A stretch of DNA of 64,000 nucleotides from Vicinamibacteria bacterium. GTDB taxonomy: Bacteria; Acidobacteriota; Vicinamibacteria; Marinacidobacterales; Marinacidobacteraceae. Of the stretch, positions 32,284 through 42,940 are shown in pieces (position 1 is the first letter of the stretch; each line of letters opens with the position of its first letter). Made by a program: the position numbers and the translations under genes. Under the pieces are notes generated by a model. It was not told where the DNA came from. It searched no databases and was given only the letters and a program-made list of their open reading frames with translations. The stretch is from assembly GCA_965115855.1 (NCBI GenBank), contig OZ220470.1:2328422-2392421 (forward strand), read 5' to 3'.

Positions 32284-33807
32284 ATGGGCGTTCCCGCCCC
32301 CGCAGGTTTCCGGTTCGTGCGTCGCGGCGCCTTCCTGGCGGCGGTTCTCCTGTTTCCGGTTCTGCCCGCGGCGGAAGCCGCCGGGGCTGCCGGACCGCCT
32401 TCCGTTTCCGCCCCGCAGCCACCCCGTCCGCTGCGCGTGGTGACCCGGGAAGCGACCCGGACGGTCGGGGTTCGTCGGGTGGACGGCGCCGAGATGGTGG
32501 GACTCCGGGACCTGGGCGCGGCGCTCGGTGGGTCCGTGCGCCCGATTGCCGGGGGCGACCAGATCCTGCTCGTCATCGGGGACCGGGTGGTGCGATTCGA
32601 CCGGAACCGCAGTTTCGTGACGGTGGAAGGCCGCATGCGGGTGCTCCGGGAGCCGAGTCGGGTGGTTTCCGGGGAGTGGTTCGTGCCCCTCGACTTCGTT
32701 GTCCGCGTGCTTTCCGACGTGCTCCCCGGAGACAGTGAATACGATGCGCGGGAACGGGTTCTTTTCCGCGGCGCCAGCACCACCCTCCGGGTGGAGGTCA
32801 CCCGGACTCCGGGAACCACGCGCATCACCGTGCGCACCGACCCGCCGGTGCCGCTCGGGGCGGTCGAGGGCGACGGGCGGGTGGTGGTGCCGATCCCGGT
32901 CCCCTTCCTGGAAACCACTTTCGGTGGCGAGGCCCCGCGTGATGGAGTGGTGGAGGAAGTGAATCTGAGCCGGCGATCGCGGGACTACCTGGTGGAGGTG
33001 GTCACCGGGCCGAACTACGGGCGGGTCGTGCGGGAGACCATCCCGGGAGGCATCCGGCTCGATCTGATCCGGGCGGCCGTTCGGGCGGCAGACCGCCTCG
33101 AGGATGCGGCTCGGGAGGCCCCGCCGCTTCCGCTTCGGGATCGGGGCCGCCTCGCGCCCGAGGGGATCCGGACGGTCGTGATCGACCCCGGCCACGGAGG
33201 TTCGGACATCGGTGTCACCGGCTCGTCCGGAGTGGCGGAGAAGGACCTGGCGTTGCTCGTCGCTCTCGCGCTCCGGGATCTCCTGCTGGAGGAGTACGGC
33301 CTCCGGGTCATCCTGACCCGGGATCGGGACCGCGATGTCCCGCCGGATGACCGGGCCGCATTCGCCAACGCGGCGCGCGCCGATGTCATGGTGAGCATCC
33401 ACCTGAACGCCTCGCTCGGGAGCGAGGCTTCCGGAAGCCATGTGTACTACTACGCGCCGGCCCGCTCGGCTCGTTCCACCACTCCGGATCCCGCGTTCTT
33501 CGTCCCCTGGGAGGACTCGCAGATCCCGTGGGCGCCGGAATCGCGACGGCTCGCGGAGGCCCTCCTCGTCGAATTGGAGGGACTCCCCGTTCCCGCCCGG
33601 AGCGTCGCCGGAGCGCCGCTCCTCGTCCTCGGGCGGGCGGCCATGCCCGCGGTGTTGATCGAACTGGGGTTCCTGACGTCGACGGAGGATGAGCCGCACC
33701 TCGTGCGACCCGAATTCGCAGGGGAAGCGGCGCGCGCCATCGCCGCCGGGCTCATGCGATACCGGACCCTGCTGATGGAATCGCGCGCCACCGGGATGCC
33801 GGGATGA
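32284..33807 (+). CDS. N-acetylmuramoyl-L-alanine amidase (AMIN domain plus Amidase_3, AmiC-like)
   Basis: Signal peptide, N-terminal AMIN-like beta domain, C-terminal Amidase_3 with zinc ligands (IDPGHGG, SIHLNA). Confidence 0.8.
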   Translation: MGVPAPAGFRFVRRGAFLAAVLLFPVLPAAEAAGAAGPPSVSAPQPPRPLRVVTREATRTVGVRRVDGAEMVGLRDLGAALGGSVRPIAGGDQILLVIGDRVVRFDRNRSFVTVEGRMRVLREPSRVVSGEWFVPLDFVVRVLSDVLPGDSEYDARERVLFRGASTTLRVEVTRTPGTTRITVRTDPPVPLGAVEGDGRVVVPIPVPFLETTFGGEAPRDGVVEEVNLSRRSRDYLVEVVTGPNYGRVVRETIPGGIRLDLIRAAVRAADRLEDAAREAPPLPLRDRGRLAPEGIRTVVIDPGHGGSDIGVTGSSGVAEKDLALLVALALRDLLLEEYGLRVILTRDRDRDVPPDDRAAFANAARADVMVSIHLNASLGSEASGSHVYYYAPARSARSTTPDPAFFVPWEDSQIPWAPESRRLAEALLVELEGLPVPARSVAGAPLLVLGRAAMPAVLIELGFLTSTEDEPHLVRPEFAGEAARAIAAGLMRYRTLLMESRATGMPG

Positions 33808-34340
33808 TCCGTCGCCCGCTGTGGCTCGCCGTCCTCCTGCTGCCGGCGTGTGTTTCCCCGGTCCCGGAAGGCCCCGAACCGGAACCGACCCTCGACGCCG
33901 GGGCGGCCCAGGCGCCGCCCCCGGCCGAAACCCCGGTGGGAATCCTGTGCGAGCTCGGGCCCGAAGGGCGCCTGCGGTCCCGGGAAATCCGAATCGCCGA
34001 GGGTTCCACCACCCGGGCGCGAGCCGAGTACCTGGTGCGTCGCCTGGTCGAGGAATCGGGCCTCTTTCCGGAGAACACCCGGATTCTGGATGTGTTCGTC
34101 AGCGGCCGCGGGGTTGCGGTGGTGAACTTCAGCAGGGATCTGCTTCGCGGGCATCCGGGGGGCCTTTTCGCCGAGGAGCTGACCGTATATGGCCTGAGCC
34201 ACTCGCTGGTAGCGAGTTTCCCCGCGATCGCGGAAGTGCGCCTGGTCGTCGAGGGCCGCTCGCCGCGGACGCTCGCGGGCCATCTGGATCTCGATGCCGG
34301 TTTCGGGCTGGCCCCGGATCGGTTGCTCGAGGAATCGTGA
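33804..34340 (+). CDS. GerMN domain lipoprotein
   Basis: Lipobox LLLPAC. GerMN-like domain of the kind often encoded next to amiC. ATGA overlap with the amidase stop. Confidence 0.6.
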   Translation: MIRRPLWLAVLLLPACVSPVPEGPEPEPTLDAGAAQAPPPAETPVGILCELGPEGRLRSREIRIAEGSTTRARAEYLVRRLVEESGLFPENTRILDVFVSGRGVAVVNFSRDLLRGHPGGLFAEELTVYGLSHSLVASFPAIAEVRLVVEGRSPRTLAGHLDLDAGFGLAPDRLLEES

Positions 34341-35071
34341 TGAAGCGGGCGGACGATCGGGGGCCCCTGGAAATCCGCGGGATCGGGATGCAGACCGGAT
34401 TCCTGCGTCGGGCTCCCGGGTCGGTCCTGGTTCGCCAGGGCGGTACCCGGGTGATCTGTGCCGCGGGTTGGGACGAGCGCGCGCCCGATTGGCTCAAGGG
34501 CAGGGGCCGAGGGTGGCTGACCGCAGAGTACGGGATGCTCCCCCGTTCCTCGGGCGAGCGCATCCGGCGGGAGCGGCGCGGGGTTCCGGGACGCACCTCG
34601 GAGATTCAGCGGTTGATCGGGAGGTCTCTCCGCGCGGCCCTCGATCTCGGCGGGCTCGGCGAACGGACGATCCAGCTGGATTGCGACGTGATCGAGGCGG
34701 ACGGCGGAACCCGGACGGCGGCCATCACCGGCGGTTTCGTGAGCCTGGCGCTGCTGCTCGAGGACGCGCGGCGGCGCCGGTCGTTCCGCCCGGCGCTCCG
34801 CCGGCAAATTGCGGCGGTGAGCGTGGGAGTGGTGCGCGGCGAGTTGCTTCTGGATCTTGATTACGCGGAGGATGCGGCGGCGGAGGTGGATCTCAATGTG
34901 GTGCAGACTTCGGGCGGCGACCTGATCGAGGTCCAGGGAAACGCCGAAGGGAAGCCCTTCAGTCGTACACTTCTCAACGAGATGCTGGATGCGGCGGCGC
35001 TCGGGATCGAATCCCTCGTACGGAAGCAGCGGGAAGCGCTGGCCGGCATCGCCCTCCCGGAAACGGAATGA
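34340..35071 (+). CDS. rph: ribonuclease PH
   Basis: RNase PH family (GSVLVRQGGTRVICAA, LTAEYGMLPRS, phosphate-binding TSGG). Start overlaps the upstream stop. Confidence 0.9.
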   Translation: MKRADDRGPLEIRGIGMQTGFLRRAPGSVLVRQGGTRVICAAGWDERAPDWLKGRGRGWLTAEYGMLPRSSGERIRRERRGVPGRTSEIQRLIGRSLRAALDLGGLGERTIQLDCDVIEADGGTRTAAITGGFVSLALLLEDARRRRSFRPALRRQIAAVSVGVVRGELLLDLDYAEDAAAEVDLNVVQTSGGDLIEVQGNAEGKPFSRTLLNEMLDAAALGIESLVRKQREALAGIALPETE

Positions 35072-35679
35072 ACGCCTCCCTTCTTGTCGGCACCCGGAAC
35101 GAGGACAAGGTCCTTGAAATGCGAAGGCTTCTGGGAACGCTGCCCTTGCGTCTCGTCTTCCTGTCGCCGTCGTCACTTGGCGCCGAGGTTCCTCCCGAAC
35201 CGGAAGAGACCGGTGAAGGCTTCCTCGCCAACGCCGGGATCAAGGCGCTCCACTACCAGGCGGCGACCGGCCTGCCCACCCTGGCCGAGGATTCCGGCCT
35301 GGAAGTGGATGCCCTCGACGGCGCGCCCGGAGTCCACTCGTCGCGCTGGATGGGAGTGGACACGTCGTACACCCACAAGAATCGCCGGTTGCTGGACCTG
35401 GTGCGGGGCCGGGCGCGCACCGCCCGGTACCGTTCGGCGATGGCCGTCGCCGTTCGCGGCCGGGTCATCTTCCGGGCAACCGGGGCAGTCGAGGGCCGCA
35501 TCGCCACCGATCCTCGAGGCGCCGGAGGGTTCGGGTACGACCCGGTGTTCGAAGTTCCCTCCGGGCGCACGATGGCCGAACTCGCGTCCGGGGAGAAGGA
35601 ACGGATCAGCCACCGCGGCGCTGCACTCCGCCGCACCCATGGTTTCCTCGGCGCCGCGGCCAGCAGCAAGCTTCTATAA
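35068..35679 (+). CDS. rdgB: non-canonical purine NTP pyrophosphatase RdgB (Ham1 family)
   Basis: Ham1/Maf-like fold (GTRNEDKV, FGYDPVF). Classic rph-rdgB arrangement. Confidence 0.9.
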   Translation: MNASLLVGTRNEDKVLEMRRLLGTLPLRLVFLSPSSLGAEVPPEPEETGEGFLANAGIKALHYQAATGLPTLAEDSGLEVDALDGAPGVHSSRWMGVDTSYTHKNRRLLDLVRGRARTARYRSAMAVAVRGRVIFRATGAVEGRIATDPRGAGGFGYDPVFEVPSGRTMAELASGEKERISHRGAALRRTHGFLGAAASSKLL

Positions 35680-35694
35680 TTCCGTGGCGTTTCT

Positions 35695-35771
35695 CGGGGC
35701 GTGGCGCAGTCTGGCAGCGCGCCTGCTTTGGGAGCAGGAAGCCGGAGGTTCGAATCCTTCCGCCCCGACCA
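35695..35771 (+). tRNA. tRNA-Pro (anticodon TGG), CCA encoded
   Basis: Hand-folded cloverleaf: 7-bp acceptor CGGGGCG/CGCCCCG, anticodon stem CCTGC/GCAGG with loop TTTGGGA, T-loop GGTTCGAATCC. Confidence 0.85.
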
Positions 35772-35808
35772 GGTGATGGGCGCCCGTCATGGCGCGAGGC
35801 GTCGCAAC

Positions 35809-35881
35809 GCGCCAGTAGCTCAGTGGACAGAGCGGCGGCCTTCTAAGCCGATGGTCGGGGGTTCAAGTCCTCCCTGGCGCG
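35809..35881 (+). tRNA. tRNA-Arg (anticodon TCT)
   Basis: Acceptor GCGCCAG/CTGGCGC, D-stem GCTC/GAGC, anticodon loop CTTCTAA, T-stem GGGGG/CCTCC with TTCAAGT loop. Confidence 0.85.
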
Positions 35882-35895
35882 CCGGCGCACCGGCT

Positions 35896-35968
35896 GGTGG
35901 ATGTAGCTCAATGGCAGAGCACCGGATTGTGGTTCCGGGGGTTGGGGGTTCGAGTCCCCTCATCCACC
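35896..35968 (+). tRNA. tRNA-His (anticodon GTG) with extra 5' G(-1)
   Basis: Acceptor GTGGATG/CATCCAC preceded by G. Anticodon stem CCGGA/TCCGG with loop TTGTGGT. Confidence 0.8.
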
Positions 35969-36042
35969 CCGCCCGGCGGTGAGCGCGGGGCCCGGTGCGC
36001 GGCCGGGGCATCGGGGTGCGAGTCGCGTGGCGGGATCGAGGT

Positions 36043-37127
36043 TCAGGGGACGATGACCGCCTTGGTGACGCGGAGCGCTTCCACGTCATCGAGCGCCTGG
36101 TTGGCTTCCTCGAGTCGATAGCGCTTTCCGATCACGCGCGCGGTCGGAATGTGGTCGCGCCGCCGCGCCAGCATGTCGATCGCACGCCGCCAGTGGTGGA
36201 AGTCGCTGCCCCACTGGCCGCGGATTTCGACGTGCTTGCGGTTGATTCCGGTGTGGGGGTTCACCTCGACCACGCCCGCGTCGGTGTAGTGACCAGCCAC
36301 CACATAGCGCCCTCCGTCGCGGACGATGGCAAGTCCCTCGGGGATTGCCTCCGGATGGCCGCTGGCCTCGATGACGATGTCCGCGCCGTGGCCGGGGGTT
36401 GCTTCCCGGACGGCCGCCACCCGGTCGGAGTCGTCGAGCGGAAGCACGAAGTCGGCTCCCATGGCGAGCGCGAGTTCGCGCCGCGCCGCCGGCTCGCCGA
36501 TGGCCATGATCGTGCTCGCCCCGGCGGCGCGGGCGAACGCGATGGCGGCGAGTCCGACCGGCCCGATTCCCTGGACCGCCACGGTCTCGGCCAGTCGGAC
36601 TTCGGCGCGGTCCACGGCGGCGAATCCGGTGAAGAGTCCGCACCCCCCGCCGATCAGATCGTCCACCGACAGTGCTTCCGGAAGCGCCAACATGCGCACT
36701 CCGGCGCGCAGCCAGATCCGCTCCGCCCACCCGCCAAGGAGCCCCTCTTCCGCCGGTTCGGTGATTCCGTACACGCGGCGCGACGGACAGCGGTTCGGGG
36801 TCCGCGCGACGAGACAGAAGTGGCAGGCGCCGCACGCGCCGTGCACATCGAAGAACGTGACGACGCTCCCCGGCCCCACTGGCGTGCCGGAAGCGTCCCG
36901 GTCCACCTCCCTCGCTTCCCGAATGCGTCCCACGCTCACATGGCCGGGGATCACCGGCCAGGGAACCCCGGCGAGCCGGCCGTGCCGCAGGTGGACATCG
37001 GTGCCGCAGACTTCGGACGCCAGCGTTTCGAGCAGCACCTCTCCCGGCTCGAGCCGCGGCAGCGGAACGTCGCGGAGTTCCACCTGTCTTCCGGGTCCCG
37101 GGAGAACCGCGGCCCGGGCCGTCCCGG

Positions 37128-37131
<4 letters not shown>
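36043..37131 (-). CDS. zinc-dependent alcohol dehydrogenase (MDR family)
   Basis: GHE-type catalytic zinc ligands (CGTDVH, GHVSVG), structural Zn Cys cluster (CGACHFC), Rossmann GxGxxG. ATGA overlap with the upstream rSAM stop. Confidence 0.8.
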
Positions 37132-38113
<982 letters not shown>

Positions 38114-38117
<4 letters not shown>

Positions 38118-38446
38118 ATGCTCAGCCCGTCGTTCTTCTTCCGCATCTGGATTCCGTGCACCAGCGCCGCGCCGCCCCGGATTGCCGAGGCCACGTGGAC
38201 CGCTTCCGTCATCTGGTCCAGATTCGACCCCTTCTCGAGGCATGCCTCCGTCCAGGCATCGATGCAATAAGGGCATTGCACGGCGTGGGCGACGCCGAGG
38301 GCGACGAGGGCCTTCTCCCGCGCCGTCAACGCGCCCTCGGCGAACGTCGCCTGATACCAGGCATTGAATTTCTCCCACAGTTCCGGGGCGTTCCTGCCCA
38401 TGTCGGCGAACCGCCCCAGGTCATGCTTGTTGTAGTAGTGGCTCAC
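38114..38446 (-). CDS. carboxymuconolactone decarboxylase (AhpD-like) family protein, ArsS-associated peroxidase-like type
   Basis: 110 aa, AhpD-like CxxC-type core (AHAVQCPYCIDAW). The rSAM/CMD pairing is the known arsenosugar-associated arrangement. Confidence 0.7.
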
Positions 38447-38506
38447 TCCAGCAAGCTACCACGCTCGGGATGTCCGGAGTCACCGGACCGGTGGTAGCCT
38501 CGCGCG

Positions 38507-39430
38507 ATGCCGCCGCTCCGCTCTCTCGGATTCATCGGACTCGGCGTCATGGGCAGGCCCATGGCGCGGAACCTGCTTGCCGCCGGCTTCGAGCTCACCG
38601 TCCACAGCCGGTCTCCGGGTCCGGTGGAAGATCTGGTGGCGGCCGGCGCCCGGCGTGCCGATTCCCCCGCCGATTGCGCTTCCGGGCGCGACGCCACCAT
38701 CCTGATGCTCCCGGATTCACCGGATTCCGAGCGCGTCATGCTGGGGCCGCGGGGCGTGCTGGAAGCCCGGTCGCCCAGCCCGCTCGTGGTGGACATGTCC
38801 TCGATCCGGCCGGAGACCACCCGCCGGATCGCTGCCGTGGCGGCGAAGAAGGACATCGCGTTCGTGGACGCTCCGGTCAGCGGCGGCGAGCCCGGCGCCA
38901 TCGCCGGCGAACTGGCCATCATGGCCGGGGGCGACCCGGAGGCATTCGAGACCCTCGGTCCGATCTTCGATGTTCTCGGGAAGAGTGCGGTGCACTGCGG
39001 GTCGGCGGGCGCCGGCAACACGGTGAAACTCGCCAACCAGATGATCGTGGCGGCGAACATCCAGGCAGTGGGCGAGGCGCTGCTGTTCTCGGTCCGGTCC
39101 GGCCTCGACCCCCGCATCGTGGTCGAGGCGATTCGGGAGGGGCTCGCCGGCAGCGCCGTGCTCGATGCGAAGGCGGAGAAGATGATCGCCGGCGACTGGA
39201 AGCCCGGCTTCCGTCTCGAACTCCACTTGAAGGACCTCGACAACGCCCTGGCGGCGGCCGCCGGAAGCGGCAGCCCGGTTCCGGTGACCACCGTGGTCCG
39301 CCAATTCGTCCGGACGCTCGTCGTCGATCAGGATCACGGCGCCGAGGACCACGCGGCCATCGCGCGCTACGGCGAAACGGTCGCCGGGAGCATGATCTCG
39401 GGTGCGCCAGAATGCTCCAATTCAGGCTGA
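38507..39430 (+). CDS. NAD(P)-dependent 3-hydroxyisobutyrate / 2-hydroxy-3-oxopropionate reductase family dehydrogenase
   Basis: N-terminal GLGVMG Rossmann motif; HIBADH family catalytic block (GxxGxG..K). Confidence 0.85.
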   Translation: MPPLRSLGFIGLGVMGRPMARNLLAAGFELTVHSRSPGPVEDLVAAGARRADSPADCASGRDATILMLPDSPDSERVMLGPRGVLEARSPSPLVVDMSSIRPETTRRIAAVAAKKDIAFVDAPVSGGEPGAIAGELAIMAGGDPEAFETLGPIFDVLGKSAVHCGSAGAGNTVKLANQMIVAANIQAVGEALLFSVRSGLDPRIVVEAIREGLAGSAVLDAKAEKMIAGDWKPGFRLELHLKDLDNALAAAAGSGSPVPVTTVVRQFVRTLVVDQDHGAEDHAAIARYGETVAGSMISGAPECSNSG

Positions 39431-39463
39431 TCCAAGATCGTATCTTGATTTTGACATGTTACG

Positions 39464-41143
39464 TTGCGGGCCATGATCGCCCGCGACCTGGGCTCCCGGC
39501 TCATCGAAGCGGCAACCAGATGGCCGTGCGTCACGCTCACCGGACCCCGGCAGAGCGGCAAGACGACGCTGTGCCGCGCGCTGTTTCCACAGCATCGATA
39601 CGAGACGCTGGAGGCCCCGGATGTGCGGGCGTTCGCCACCGAGGATCCCCGCGGCTTCCTGGCCCGGTTTCCGCAAGGCGCGGTTCTCGACGAGGTCCAG
39701 CGAGCGCCCGATCTGCTCTCCTGGCTTCAAGGTGTGATCGACGCCGACCCGGCGCCCGGACGCTGGATCCTCACCGGCTCGCAGAATTTCTCCCTGCTCG
39801 AATCGATCAGCCAGTCGCTCGCGGGAAGGACGGCGGTGTACAACCTCCTGCCCCTGACCCGGGGCGAGACGATGCGCTTTGCCCGGTATCCCGAAACGCT
39901 CGAAGAGACCCTCTTCACCGGTTCCTGGCCGCGCATCTTCGACGAAGGTCATGATGTCGCCGACTGGCTCGGATCCTATGTGGCCACCTACATCGAACGC
40001 GATGTGCGAACGGTGGTCAACGTGGGTGATCTCGCGGCCTTTCAGCGCTTCGTCGCGCTCTGCGCGGGCCGGACGTCGCAGTTGCTCAACTACTCCTCGC
40101 TCGCCGGGGACTGCGGGATCTCGCAACCGACGGCAAGAGCCTGGCTCGGCATCCTCGAAACCGGCTTCGTCGTGTTTCGCCTCCCGGTCCTTCGGACCAA
40201 TCTTCGCAAGCGGCTGGTGAAGACGTCCAAGCTGCATTTTTACGATACCGGGATCGCCTGCTGGCTGCTGGGCATTCGCAGCCCGGAACAACTGCGCAAT
40301 CACCCGCTTCGCGGTCCGATCTTCGAGACCTGGGTCGTTTCGGAGGTCGTCAAGCATCGGGCACACCGCGGCGAAGCCGGCGGCGTCTCGTTCTTCCGCG
40401 ACCGGACCGGGACCGAGGCCGATCTCGTGGTCGAAAACCTGAACGGCGCCGCGATCGTGGAAGCCAGGTCCGCTGCGACGCCGTCCTCCAGCCTGCTGGC
40501 GAGTGCCCGTCGGGTCCGACGACGCCTTGCCGCGCCGGGCCGCCGATATTCCGTCATCGTCGTGTATGGCGGCGACGAGCCCCAGCGCCGGGGCGCGGAC
40601 CGACTGGTTCCCTGGGGGGAACTGCATGAATTCGACTGGGGCGCCTCGGACGGGTTCGTCACGGTTCGAACCGCCGGTGCGCCGGTCGCCGGAGCGGGCG
40701 TGCTGGCGCTGTTCCCGGACAAGACGGGAAAGAACGCGGTCACCGACAATAGCGGCACGGCAGTACTCGATCTGCCTGCCACCCCGTTTCCCGTGACCGT
40801 TTTCGTCGCCGCCAGGGGGTTCGCCGCGCACGTGTCGCGCTCATGGAACCCCGCGGACGGGCCGCTTGACGTCGAGTTGGCGGAACTGCCGGATGGCGGC
40901 ACGGTGATCTTCCCGGACGGTACCGGCCAGATTCCCCTCCTGCGGGTTCGATTCCAGCCGGTCCGCGACTCCGATGGGCGCATGGTTCTCCATGTCCACG
41001 ACCTCGCCGACGCGCGACCGGCGCCCCTGGTCCTCGAACCCGGGGAGGATCTGCACCTCGCCGATTCCGAGGGGCGGGAGGCTTCGGTGCGCCTTGTCGA
41101 GATCGTCGGCCCCGCTGCCTTGGTGCAATACACAAGCGTTTGA
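39464..41143 (+). CDS. AAA ATPase (COG1373, AAA_14 plus DUF4143) with ~130-aa extra C-terminal beta-rich extension
   Basis: Walker A GPRQSGKTT; DUF4143 block KLHFYDTGIACWLLG. The product is 559 aa against a typical ~400-430 aa. Confidence 0.75.
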   Translation: MRAMIARDLGSRLIEAATRWPCVTLTGPRQSGKTTLCRALFPQHRYETLEAPDVRAFATEDPRGFLARFPQGAVLDEVQRAPDLLSWLQGVIDADPAPGRWILTGSQNFSLLESISQSLAGRTAVYNLLPLTRGETMRFARYPETLEETLFTGSWPRIFDEGHDVADWLGSYVATYIERDVRTVVNVGDLAAFQRFVALCAGRTSQLLNYSSLAGDCGISQPTARAWLGILETGFVVFRLPVLRTNLRKRLVKTSKLHFYDTGIACWLLGIRSPEQLRNHPLRGPIFETWVVSEVVKHRAHRGEAGGVSFFRDRTGTEADLVVENLNGAAIVEARSAATPSSSLLASARRVRRRLAAPGRRYSVIVVYGGDEPQRRGADRLVPWGELHEFDWGASDGFVTVRTAGAPVAGAGVLALFPDKTGKNAVTDNSGTAVLDLPATPFPVTVFVAARGFAAHVSRSWNPADGPLDVELAELPDGGTVIFPDGTGQIPLLRVRFQPVRDSDGRMVLHVHDLADARPAPLVLEPGEDLHLADSEGREASVRLVEIVGPAALVQYTSV

Positions 41144-41200
41144 GGAGCGGGGGAGTCCGGCCTCGCCGGCCAATGCCTTCGAAAGGGGATCCGCTCTCCC

Positions 41201-41818
41201 CTACGGCGCCACTCCGACCAGTACCAGCGGTACTGCGGGTACGCCGCGGCCTTGTCGGATGACGTTCAGCAGGTCGCGTTCGTAGTACGGCACTCCGGAA
41301 GACATTTCCTTCTCGAGTTCCTTCATGGGGAGTATTTCGATTCCCACGTCGATGATGTCCCGAGTGTAGAAGCTCAAGTGCTTCACGAACAGGTCATGGG
41401 CAACGAAGGCGTATTTGCCGAACTGGACTTCCACCGCGACCCGCTGCTTCACGAAGTCGGTCTGGTTGTATGACCGGATCGGTTCGTATCCCGCCTCCAC
41501 GATCTTCTGCTTCTGCTTTTCTTCGGGTAGCTCATGCACGCCGCGCATCACTCGCTCATCGGATGTGACCCAGAATGTGCTGCGACGTTGCTTCCACCCC
41601 CGGTCTTGGAAACCTTCACAAAATTCCCTGTTCATGTCCACCGGCGAATAGAGCATCCTGTTTTTGCTTCGGGATTCCTCGGAGACCTTGGTCCGACAAG
41701 CCCTGGCGTCCACAGCGCCGGCGATTTCCTCGACCTCCTGCCAGAGACCGGGATGGTGCACAAGAAGGTACTCATGGGCGTTCAAGTGGGAATACCGAGC
41801 CATGATCCGCATTGTCAA
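41201..41818 (-). CDS. BglII-family Type II restriction endonuclease
   Basis: From memory of BglII: N-term LWQEVEE against BglII LWKEIEE, and catalytic block VEVQFGKYAF against BglII VEVQFSNYPF. Local GC is markedly lower than the flanks. Confidence 0.65.
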   Translation of the reverse strand: MTMRIMARYSHLNAHEYLLVHHPGLWQEVEEIAGAVDARACRTKVSEESRSKNRMLYSPVDMNREFCEGFQDRGWKQRRSTFWVTSDERVMRGVHELPEEKQKQKIVEAGYEPIRSYNQTDFVKQRVAVEVQFGKYAFVAHDLFVKHLSFYTRDIIDVGIEILPMKELEKEMSSGVPYYERDLLNVIRQGRGVPAVPLVLVGVAP

Positions 41819-42681
41819 TGTCCCCCACGCGGCAGCCGGGGGTCGTAGACCGGTTTTCCCATCGGTCGGATGCGCAGGGTTCCGTCTTCACGCTGTCGGA
41901 TGCGTTCCCGGGCAATCTCGACATACTCGGGGATGATGTCGCAACCGTATCCCTCCCGTCCGTGGTTCAGGGCGGCGATCACCGTGCTGCCGACCCCCAT
42001 GTAGGGATCCAGCACCTTGTCGCCCGGGTCGGTCATGGCCAGCACCAGGCGCTCCACCAGTTCGATCGGAAACTGACAGGGATGGATCGTCTTTTCCGGA
42101 TGGTTGCTCTTGACATTGGGAATCTCCCAGACGTCGGTCGGATTCTTGCCTCTGGGGTTACAGGAGGGCTTGCCCGCATTCGGACCCTTGAAGTGCTTCT
42201 TTCCCGGGTACTTCGGTGGAACGCGGATCGGGTCCAGATGCCATGTATAGCTGTCGCTCCTGGTCCACCAGTTGATGGTCTCGTACCGGCCCGAAAGCCG
42301 TCGCGTGCAGTGCAGGCCATGTCCGAAGTGCCAGACGATCCGATTTCGCAGTCGCAGTCCATGTTCGCGGAAGACCGGATAGAGAATCACGTCCAGCGGG
42401 ATGATTTCGCCGTTATCCACATAATTCCCGACTTGCCAGCAGATCGACCCCTCCGGATGAAGCACCCGCACACATTCGGCGATCACCTTGCGCTGGGCCT
42501 CCACGTACGAGGACACGGGAGTTCGTTTCTCGTAGTCCTTCCCGAGGTTGTAGGGTGGTGAGGTGACGATCAATTTCATCGATCCATCAGGGACGGCTCC
42601 CAGAAATTCGAGATTGTCCTGACACGCGACAAGGGCCTTCGCCGCCTGTGCCGGAGCCGCGAGCGGCAGGCGATTCCGAAC
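41815..42681 (-). CDS. beta-class DNA methyltransferase (N4-cytosine/N6-adenine; M.BglII-like), cognate of the adjacent REase
   Basis: Motif IV SPPY (LIVTSPPYN) near the N-terminus, motif I DPYMGVGST near the C-terminus. Stop overlaps the REase start. True start uncertain, between 42681 and 42840. Confidence 0.8.
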   Translation of the reverse strand, partial: VRNRLPLAAPAQAAKALVACQDNLEFLGAVPDGSMKLIVTSPPYNLGKDYEKRTPVSSYVEAQRKVIAECVRVLHPEGSICWQVGNYVDNGEIIPLDVILYPVFREHGLRLRNRIVWHFGHGLHCTRRLSGRYETINWWTRSDSYTWHLDPIRVPPKYPGKKHFKGPNAGKPSCNPRGKNPTDVWEIPNVKSNHPEKTIHPCQFPIELVERLVLAMTDPGDKVLDPYMGVGSTVIAALNHGREGYGCDIIPEYVEIARERIRQREDGTLRIRPMGKPVYDPRLPRGGH

Positions 42682-42940
42682 CGGGCGCGGCGCGGCCCTG
42701 CTTCCTGGCCGCAATCGCAATCGCTGTCTCTCTTGCGCCACCACCAGACCGGGGTGGGCCGCGGAGCCCTGCGGCTTCGTCCGGCCGCCCGGCCGCTTCC
42801 GGTCATTTCGCAAATCCGCCGTGCCGCCGGGAGCGCTCATCGAACCCCACCTCCGCTTGGGGAGTATACCGGTCGGACTGCCGGGAACCGGCCCGGTCCC
42901 GCAGGGCTGGAGGTTCCGTCCCGGTGGTACCTTCCGGCGC

